Source: Planctomycetota bacterium (GTDB taxonomy: Bacteria > Planctomycetota > SZUA-567 > H5-PLA8). From it: a stretch of DNA of 20,498 bases. The stretch is taken from contig BTVV01000110.1 of NCBI GenBank assembly GCA_045863855.1, positions 1 to 20,498 on the forward strand, written 5' to 3'. A program made the translations under genes and the position numbers. This document shows, piece after piece, positions 8,248 through 16,239 of the stretch (positions within the stretch are counted from its first letter, which is position 1; each line of letters begins with the position of its first letter). The notes below the pieces were generated by a model. It was not told the DNA's origin, ran no database searches, and saw only the letters and a list, made by a program, of their open reading frames with translations.

Positions 8248-10191
8248 TCAGCGCTTGGCGGCTTTCTTGCGGGCTTTCTTCTTCGCGGCGCGGGCAGCGT
8301 CGGATTCCTTGTCGGCGGCGCGCGTGGCCCGCTGCAGGGACTGACGGCGCTTCTTGTCGGCTTCGCGCGCCTTCTCGGCTTCGCGTTGTGCCTTGAGCTG
8401 GCGTTGTCGTTCGAGCTTGGCCTCGTCGGCGGCGGTTTCGGCGGCCAGATCGGCAGCGGCCATCAGGACTTTGGCGCGCTCTTCCAGAATGCCCGAATTT
8501 TTCGCGCCTTTTTTCTCGGCCAAGCCTTCGAGGACCAGTTTTTCGCGGGCTTGGCGGCCTTCGTCGCCGCGCGTGGCGGCCAATCCTTCCAGCACTTCGC
8601 GCGCAAATTCGCGCTCCTCGCCCATCCCTTCGGCAAAGTGATGCCCCAGGTAATAGACGGTTCTTCGGCTCAGCGCCTTATCGCGCAGGATGTCCCGCGC
8701 CAGCGCCTTGGGCTTGAAACGCCCACCGCCAAAGACCTGCTGGAATACGCGCAGATGCGGATCGTGGTTGCGCATGCCGCGGGTCAAGTCGTGCGCGCCG
8801 GGCGCCAAACCGGAGAGGGCCTGTTCGAGCCGATGCTCGTCGCTCCAGCCCGGCAAGCCGCCCAGGTTTCGCAAGAGCCCCAAAGCGCGCTGCGGATCGC
8901 CGTCGACGCGCAGTTTGCGCGCTTCTTTGAGCGCCGCTTCGGCCAACGCCGTGCTGCCGGTGGCGCGGCAGACTTGCAGAAGCGCCGCGCGGCGCGTCTC
9001 GGCTTCCAGTCGTGCGGCTTCGTCCGGCGCACCGGCCTGCTTCTCCTTGCCCACCGCGAGGGCGACATAGGTCTTGGCCAATTCGTCGGCCATGCGCGGC
9101 GGAATTTCGGCGGCCCGGGCGGTCAGGACGCGGGCGGCCAAGCGGCTGGCCTCGCCGTTGCGCGTCTCGCGCAGCCACTCGGCAAGCGGGCCGGCGGCCT
9201 GCGGCGCCTTGGCCAGCGCCTGGGCCGCGTCTTCGCGGACCCGCGGGTCGCCGTCCTCCAGCAGCGCGAAGAGATCCTTCAGCGTGCGCGATCCGCCGGC
9301 GGCGGCCAGATTCTGCATCGCGAACTCCCGGACTTCGGGACGCGACAATCCCATCAGCTTCTGCAGAGCCGAACGATGCTCGGCGCCCAGTTCGGCTTCA
9401 CGCAGCGCGGCGATCGCCGGTTCGACCGCATAATCGAAATCGGCTTCGCTTAAGAACGGCAGCAGACGCGCACCCAGCTTGCCGCGCTGAGCCGGAGTCA
9501 ATTCCAGCCGTCCGATGGCCAGCAGCGCGGCACGGCGAACGCGCGGTGTCGAAGGCTTCAGGGCGTGCTCCATAAGCGCCTTGAGCGCATCGGGGTCGCG
9601 CAGTTCGCCGGTCAGTTCGAGCGCCATGACCAGCGCGGGCTCCGCGGCGCAGAATTTTTTGGTTTCGAGAGCCTTAAGCAACTGCCGGAGCAGCGCTTCG
9701 CGGCTCTTTTCGTGCAGGGCGCCTAGCGCGTTATGCATGCCTTCGCGCAGCGCTCGGGCGGGCGCGAAGTCGCCGGCATCCTGAAGCCGTTCGAGCAGCG
9801 CGGCAAAGCCTTGCGTTTCACCGGTGCGCGCGATGGCTTCGGCCAGCTTGGCGAGGAGTTCGCGCGGCGCGGGACCCAACAGTCGGATCAGCGGCTTAAG
9901 CGCACCGGCTCCGGCATGCGCGACGGCGCGCAGCGCTTCGTCGGCGGCCGGACCGCCGGCCGCGATGAGCGGCACCAGCGCTTCGGCGGCCTGCGGCGTC
10001 CCGATGCGGCCCAGTGCCTCGATCACGAAGGGGCGCAGCACGCCTTCGGCTTTGGGCAGCGCTTCGGCCAGCGCGCGCGCGACGGCCGGATCCTGCGGAG
10101 CCATCTCGGCAAGCAGCACCGCCGCCGCGCAAGCGACCCGCGAATCCCGCCCGCGCACAAATACCGTCAGCCGTTCCAGAGTCGAATCCAC
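8248..10191 (-). CDS. HEAT/PBS-lyase-like repeat (alpha-solenoid) protein with a coiled-coil, Lys/Ala-rich basic tail
   Basis: Repeated units such as LRPFVIEALGRIG, VRRAALLAIGRL, VREFAMQNLA, DGDPRVREDAAQALA. Tail QREAEKAREADKK...AAKKKARKKAAKR. GTG start. Confidence 0.8.
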   Translation of the reverse strand: MDSTLERLTVFVRGRDSRVACAAAVLLAEMAPQDPAVARALAEALPKAEGVLRPFVIEALGRIGTPQAAEALVPLIAAGGPAADEALRAVAHAGAGALKPLIRLLGPAPRELLAKLAEAIARTGETQGFAALLERLQDAGDFAPARALREGMHNALGALHEKSREALLRQLLKALETKKFCAAEPALVMALELTGELRDPDALKALMEHALKPSTPRVRRAALLAIGRLELTPAQRGKLGARLLPFLSEADFDYAVEPAIAALREAELGAEHRSALQKLMGLSRPEVREFAMQNLAAAGGSRTLKDLFALLEDGDPRVREDAAQALAKAPQAAGPLAEWLRETRNGEASRLAARVLTARAAEIPPRMADELAKTYVALAVGKEKQAGAPDEAARLEAETRRAALLQVCRATGSTALAEAALKEARKLRVDGDPQRALGLLRNLGGLPGWSDEHRLEQALSGLAPGAHDLTRGMRNHDPHLRVFQQVFGGGRFKPKALARDILRDKALSRRTVYYLGHHFAEGMGEEREFAREVLEGLAATRGDEGRQAREKLVLEGLAEKKGAKNSGILEERAKVLMAAADLAAETAADEAKLERQRQLKAQREAEKAREADKKRRQSLQRATRAADKESDAARAAKKKARKKAAKR

Positions 10192-10219
10192 GCAGATGAC
10201 CTCGGTCCCGGAACCAGAT

Positions 10220-11029
10220 TTAGCCGACTTTCACGCTCTTGTCGCCGGTGGAATCGACGGCCACAACCGGGATGGCGGAGCCCGAATCGCCCGGCATGGC
10301 CGAATGAGGCGGAGTCTTCCCGACTATGCCGCCCGAGATGACCATCTTGATCGCATCCTCGACGCTGATGGGCAACGGGCGCGTCTCGCTACGCGGCAAA
10401 ATCAGCGTGAAGCCCTGCGTCGGCAGCGGCGTGGTGGGGACGAAAACGGTAAGCAGGTCGAGCACCGACGGATCGGGTGAAGTCAAGTCGCCGTCGGTGG
10501 GCATGTACGTCTGCGCCACGGCCACACCCAGCGGGCCGCGGGCGTTTCCGGTGACGAAGCCGATCACCCAGCTGCCTTTAAGCGGAAACTGCACCAGCAC
10601 GGCGCTCTGAAACTTGATTTTCGCGTCGCGTCCGAAGAAGGCCTGCGCGAGCTGCTTCACTGAAGTATACAGGATGCCAATGAACGGGAGGCGCGCAACG
10701 ATTCCTTCGAAGAGCCCCAGCACCCAGCGCCCGATGATGCTGCGTGTCACGATCCCCAGCACCAGCACCGCCAGCACCAGGATGCTCAGCCCCAGCAACG
10801 GGACCAGCAGTTGGGAGTAATTGGAGGATTCGATGGCATCGCGGATACGTTCCAGCGAGCCGCCGGCCACCTTGCTGAACCCGAAAATTGTGCTGAGCGG
10901 ACCGTCCAGCAGGTTCCAAAGCCAGATCAAAAACACGACCGTAATAGAGATGGGCAGCGCGACAAATATGCCCGCGATGAAGTTCGAGCGCAGGAAGCGG
11001 CGAATCGACGGGACGACTTTCTGGACCAT
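10220..11029 (-). CDS. DUF502 family membrane protein
   Basis: FIAGI.V.LP..IT, two hydrophobic TM segments, RLPFI..LY.SVKQ, VLVQFP.KG.W.IGFVT, VFVPTTP.PT.GF, SVEDAIK.VISGG. Start at ATG 11029 preferred. Confidence 0.88.
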   Translation of the reverse strand: MVQKVVPSIRRFLRSNFIAGIFVALPISITVVFLIWLWNLLDGPLSTIFGFSKVAGGSLERIRDAIESSNYSQLLVPLLGLSILVLAVLVLGIVTRSIIGRWVLGLFEGIVARLPFIGILYTSVKQLAQAFFGRDAKIKFQSAVLVQFPLKGSWVIGFVTGNARGPLGVAVAQTYMPTDGDLTSPDPSVLDLLTVFVPTTPLPTQGFTLILPRSETRPLPISVEDAIKMVISGGIVGKTPPHSAMPGDSGSAIPVVAVDSTGDKSVKVG

Positions 11030-11156
11030 CGTGCTTCCGTGCTCCCCTGTACTCTGCTGGCTCACCTTACGCGGCAAGCCGGGCCTTCTTTTACTTATTC
11101 TCGCCTTTAGGTAAAGGCGTTACCCCGAAAAAGTGACGCACAACTCCCTATGGGCT

Positions 11157-11878
<722 letters not shown>

Positions 11879-11882
<4 letters not shown>

Positions 11883-12679
11883 TTCGCGGCCTCCTGTCCC
11901 AGATACGCTTCGATCACCTTGGGATGGGCGCGCACTTCTTCCGGCGTACCGCGCGCGATGGTCTCGCCGTGGTCGAGCACCAGCAGGCGCGCGACCAGCC
12001 CCATCACGAACGGCATGTCGTGCTCGATGACCAGAATGGTGAGGTCGAAGCGCGCGCGGATCTCGCGAATCAGTGCCTGCAAGTCGGCCGACTCGCGCTC
12101 GTTGGCGCCGGCCGCGGGTTCGTCGAGAAGCAGAATCTTCGGCCGCCCGGCCAGCGCGCGCGCGATCTCGAGCCGGCGCTGCTGCCCGTACGCCAGAGCG
12201 CCGGCCTGCACACCGCGGACTTCGGAGAGGCCCATCATCTCCAGCAGATCCAGCGCCTCGCGCTCGAACGCGGCTTCTTCCGCGCGAAAGTGCTTCGACC
12301 GCACCAGCGCGCCGAGCAGCGACTGCCGCCTGCGCGGCTGGCAGCCGACCTTCACGTTCTCCAGCACCGTCATGTCCCGAAAGAGCCGGATATTCTGAAA
12401 CGTGCGCGCGACCCCCAGTCCGGCGATGCCGTCGGGCTTCATGCGGCCGATGTCGCGGCCGCGCACGGAGATGTTCCCGCGGGTCGGTTCGTAAACGCCG
12501 GTGAGCAGATTGAATACGGTGGTCTTCCCCGCCCCGTTCGGCCCGATCAGGCCCACGATCTCACCCGCAAAGAGATCGAGGTCGAATTCGCAGACGGCCG
12601 TGAGCCCGCCGAAGCAGCGGCTGACGCCGCGCGCGGAGAGCACCGCGTCGCCGCGGTCGACGCGCGCGTTTTCGCTCAC
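11879..12679 (-). CDS. livG: Branched-chain amino acid ABC transporter ATP-binding protein LivG
   Basis: [61 protein letters not shown] 12679 overlaps the livM stop. Confidence 0.95.
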
Positions 12680-13713
12680 GCGCCGGCCTCCTTGGGCGGG
12701 GCCGGCGGCTTGCGGCGGAAGAGCGCCGCGAGGGAGAACTCGCGCGTGCCCATAATCCCCTGCGGACGCAGCAGCACCACCACGATCAGCAGGATGCTGA
12801 AGAAGACTTGCCAGAGATCCTTGGGCGAACGATGCACCCAGCCGTCGCCGCCTTGGGTCGGATCGAAGAAAACCGGCACCTGCCACGAATCCGGTGCAAA
12901 CGAGAGGAACACGGGGAGCGCGTAAATCACCACGCCCGCGACGATCGTGCCGGTGAAACTGCCCATGCCGCCCATGACCACGATGACCAGGATCGTCACG
13001 CCCTGCATGAAGCCGAACTGATTCGGACTGACGTAGCGCTGGTAGTTCGCGTACACGGCTCCCGCTAAGCCCGCGAGCGCCGCGCCGAGCACAAAGACAA
13101 GCACCTTATAGCGCGTAAGGTTCACGCCCAGAAGCTCGGCGGCCGTTTCGTCGTCACGAATCGCGGTGATCGCGCGCCCGTGGGCGCTGCGCATCAGATT
13201 GCGCAAGATCAGCAGCGTGAACGCCGCGACGCCGGCGGAGAGCAGCATGTAGAAGATCATTTCGCCGCGGCGCGCATCCATGCGGTTGAGCCCGAATGTC
13301 TGTTCCAGCGTGGTGCGAATCACGTTGGGCACCGAGAGGCCTTGGCTGGTGCCGAGAAAAGAACTGTTGATCGCGACGTTGCGCAAAATCTCGCCGAAGC
13401 CCAATGTCGCGATGGCCAGATAATCGCCACGCAGGCGCAAGCACGGCACGCCGACGAACAGCCCGCACAGCGCCGCGGAGAACATGGACAGCGGAAACGA
13501 AAGCGCGAACAGAAACAAGCCCGCTTCGCCCGATGGAAGCACGGTGAGCAGCACGGCGGTCATGTACGCGCCGACGCCCCAGAAACCCTGGTGCCCAAGC
13601 GAAAATAAGCCGCAGAATCCGTTGATTAAATTCAGCGAGAGCGCCAGCGAGACGGTCACGCCCAGCAGGACGAAATGGTGGCCCCAGAAAAAAAGAAGCC
13701 TGTCGAAATCCAT
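12676..13713 (-). CDS. livM: Branched-chain amino acid ABC transporter permease LivM
   Basis: [39 protein letters not shown]...AIRDDE.AA, GGMGS..G, RPQG. Confidence 0.95.
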   Translation of the reverse strand: MDFDRLLFFWGHHFVLLGVTVSLALSLNLINGFCGLFSLGHQGFWGVGAYMTAVLLTVLPSGEAGLFLFALSFPLSMFSAALCGLFVGVPCLRLRGDYLAIATLGFGEILRNVAINSSFLGTSQGLSVPNVIRTTLEQTFGLNRMDARRGEMIFYMLLSAGVAAFTLLILRNLMRSAHGRAITAIRDDETAAELLGVNLTRYKVLVFVLGAALAGLAGAVYANYQRYVSPNQFGFMQGVTILVIVVMGGMGSFTGTIVAGVVIYALPVFLSFAPDSWQVPVFFDPTQGGDGWVHRSPKDLWQVFFSILLIVVVLLRPQGIMGTREFSLAALFRRKPPAPPKEAGA

Positions 13714-13724
13714 GCCGGCGGACC

Positions 13725-14846
13725 CTACACCTTGTCGCCTTCGAAGCGGCCCAGCAAACCGCTGGGCCGGACCAGCAGCACGGCGATCAGGATGCCGAAC
13801 GCGAACGCATCCCGCAGCCCCGAGTGCACGTACGCTTCGACCATTTTCTCGCTGATGCCCAGCAGTAACGCGCCCAAAATCGCGCCGGGAATGCTTCCGA
13901 TCCCGCCCAGCACCGCGGCGACGAACGCCTTCAAACCGGGCAGCAGGCCCATCAGCGGATCGATGCGCTCGTAGTACATCCCTCCGGCCAGAAACCCGCC
14001 GATGCCCGCGACGAACGCGCCAATAAAGAACGTCCCGCTCACGATCCGGTTGACGTCGATCCCCATCAGCGAGGCAGCACGAAAATCGACGCTCACCGCC
14101 CGCATCGCGCGCCCGAAGCGCGTGTGCTGGACGAGGCCGTACAACGCCGCCGCCACAAAGAAGAGCGTAAGGACGATCACGAGCTGCTTGCTGGAGACGG
14201 TCACGGAGGCGTACGTGTACGCATGGGCCGGACGCGAGGACGCTTGGGAAAGCCGGTGCGATTCGGCCAGCCCCTCGGCGCTCAGCGACTCGCCGGCCAG
14301 CACCACTGCGTGCGTACGCTGCTGGTCGCGTCCTCGTTCGTCACGCAGCGCGTAGTCGAGCACCACCGTGCGCTCGAAGGTCTGGCCGGGCTGCAGCGTA
14401 TCGAGATCGACTTCGGTGCGCGGAAAGCGTGCTTCGGCCAGCGTGGGCGGAAACTTTCGGTAGCTCGCGCCGACCGTCTGCTGGCCTAGGTTCTGGAGCA
14501 GCAAAGAGACGCCCAAGGCCGAGAGCAACGCGACGATCCGCCCGGCATTGCGCAGCGGGCGGTAGCAGAAGCGTTCCACCACTACGGCCAGGATCGCCGT
14601 AAGCAACCCCGCCAGCAGCAAGCTCGCGGCAAAAATCAGGAATCCCGGTTCGCCGCCGGTGGGATGCACGCCGAACAGTGCATAGAGCGCGGCGTAGCCG
14701 ACGAACGCGCCGAACATGTAAAACTCACCGTGCGCGAAGTTGATCAATTTTATGATGCCGTAAACCATCGTATAGCCCACGGCGATCAGGGCGTAGATGG
14801 CCCCGCAGGACAGGCCGTTCAGCAGGAAGTTAAAAAAGTCGCTCAC
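13725..14846 (-). CDS. livH: Branched-chain amino acid ABC transporter permease LivH, with an inserted loop domain
   Basis: NGL..GAIYALIA.GYTMVYG...LINFAHGE, T.FGRAMRA, LKAFVAAVLGGIGSIPGA, RPSGLLG. GTG start. Confidence 0.95.
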   Translation of the reverse strand: MSDFFNFLLNGLSCGAIYALIAVGYTMVYGIIKLINFAHGEFYMFGAFVGYAALYALFGVHPTGGEPGFLIFAASLLLAGLLTAILAVVVERFCYRPLRNAGRIVALLSALGVSLLLQNLGQQTVGASYRKFPPTLAEARFPRTEVDLDTLQPGQTFERTVVLDYALRDERGRDQQRTHAVVLAGESLSAEGLAESHRLSQASSRPAHAYTYASVTVSSKQLVIVLTLFFVAAALYGLVQHTRFGRAMRAVSVDFRAASLMGIDVNRIVSGTFFIGAFVAGIGGFLAGGMYYERIDPLMGLLPGLKAFVAAVLGGIGSIPGAILGALLLGISEKMVEAYVHSGLRDAFAFGILIAVLLVRPSGLLGRFEGDKV

Positions 14847-14861
14847 GTTGCCGGTTCGCCA

Positions 14862-14904
14862 TGGACGGGTGGTCCGGCCGTTTGCGCCGGACGGCCCGGC
14901 GCCA
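14862..14904 (-). promoter_or_regulatory. Intergenic stem-loop between livK and livH
   Basis: Core GTCCGGC (14872-14878) / GCCGGAC (14886-14892) with a 7-nt loop, extended imperfectly by CGGG/CCCG and TGG/CCA. No U-tract. Confidence 0.5.
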
Positions 14905-14912
14905 TTTGTGGT

Positions 14913-16094
14913 TTACTGCCGCTTGAAGAACTCGTGGTCCCTTTCGCCCGTCACCAGGATCACCGCCGGCTTGGTGACCTCGCGGTCCGGCCCCATAGTC
15001 ACGGTGCCGCAAACCGTCTCGACGCTCTTGAGCGAATTGATGGCATTCTTGAGTGCTTCGGGTTCGGCGCTTCCCGCACGCTTCGCGGCATCGGCGATGC
15101 AGTAGATCGCGTCGTAGCCCAGCGCGGCCATCGCGCCCGGCTTCTCGCCGAATTTTGCATCGTAGCGCTTCACGAAATCCTGAACCTTCGGGTTGGTATC
15201 GCCGGGATGGAAGTGGTTGCAGAGGTAGTTGCCTTTGATCGTCGGTCCGCCCAGCGCATAAAGCTTCGGATCGTCCCAGCCGTCGCCGCCCAAAAACGGC
15301 TTCTGGAAGCCCGAAGCGCGCGCCTGCTTGATGATAAGCGCCACCTCGTTGAAATAGCCGGGCAGCCAGACCACGTCCGGATTGGCGCTCTTGAGCTTGG
15401 TGACCAGGGTCTGGAAATCCGTATCACCCTTCTGATACGCCTCTTCTTCCAAAAGCGTCCCGCCGCCCGCCACGAAGGCCTTCTTGAAGCTGTCGATCAG
15501 CCCTTCGCTGTACGCATTCCCTTTTTGGATCACCAAGGAAGCCGTCTTGGCCTTCAGATCCTCCAGCGCGAACTTCGCCATCACGGTGCCTTGGAAATCG
15601 TCGTGAAAGCATATCCGGCTGACGTACTCCCCGCCCTCTTTGGTAATCCGCACGTTGGTGCTCGCGTGCGTGATCATTGGAATACGCTCGTCTTTGGCGA
15701 CCTCCATCGCGGCCATGGTGTAATTGCTGCCCACCGCACCGACGACCACGTTCACACCATTCTGGATGATCAGCTTCTTGATCGCATCTTTGCTCTTGGC
15801 TTCGTTGGAAGCGTTGTCTTCGTAGAAAATCTTGATCGAGAAAGGCAGATCGGATTTCGCATTCAGTTCTTCCACGGCCAGTTGCATGCCTTGCTTGCTG
15901 TCTTCGCCCCAGGGCGCCACGTCGCCGGAGAGCTCCAGATTCGCGCCGATCAGCAGTTCCCACTTCTTCCCCTCGCCGGTCGCACCGGACTTGCCGGCTT
16001 CCCCGCCACCTGGCTTACTCGCACCGCCGCATCCGGACAGCAACAGAGCCAGCCCTATAGCAACGCACCAGGCTCGTCCACGGGAGATAAGCAT
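14913..16094 (-). CDS. livK: Branched-chain amino acid ABC transporter substrate-binding lipoprotein (LivK/LivJ family)
   Basis: Lipobox LLLSGC; IG.N.ELSG..A..G, RICF.DDFQG, DTDF...VTKLK..NPD, GGDGWD, ALGYDA. ATG 16094 lies 9 nt after AAGGA; the alternative ATG at 16103 abuts the RBS. Confidence 0.92.
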   Translation of the reverse strand: MLISRGRAWCVAIGLALLLSGCGGASKPGGGEAGKSGATGEGKKWELLIGANLELSGDVAPWGEDSKQGMQLAVEELNAKSDLPFSIKIFYEDNASNEAKSKDAIKKLIIQNGVNVVVGAVGSNYTMAAMEVAKDERIPMITHASTNVRITKEGGEYVSRICFHDDFQGTVMAKFALEDLKAKTASLVIQKGNAYSEGLIDSFKKAFVAGGGTLLEEEAYQKGDTDFQTLVTKLKSANPDVVWLPGYFNEVALIIKQARASGFQKPFLGGDGWDDPKLYALGGPTIKGNYLCNHFHPGDTNPKVQDFVKRYDAKFGEKPGAMAALGYDAIYCIADAAKRAGSAEPEALKNAINSLKSVETVCGTVTMGPDREVTKPAVILVTGERDHEFFKRQ

Positions 16095-16175
16095 AAAAGG
16101 CATTCCTTATCGAAGGACCGGCTCGCCCCGTACAAATCGGGGCTGCGCACACACGCTAAAGCGTAAGGAGACCGG

Positions 16176-16203
16176 ATTTTCGCCCCGCGGGGGGCTCATG
16201 CAA
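16176..16203 (-). promoter_or_regulatory. Possible promoter of the liv operon
   Basis: Minus strand: TTGCAT (16203-16198), 16 nt, GAAAAT (16181-16176). Confidence 0.3.
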
Positions 16204-16239
16204 GCCCGAAAAGGATCTCCGGTTCGAATGCAGTCCCTT

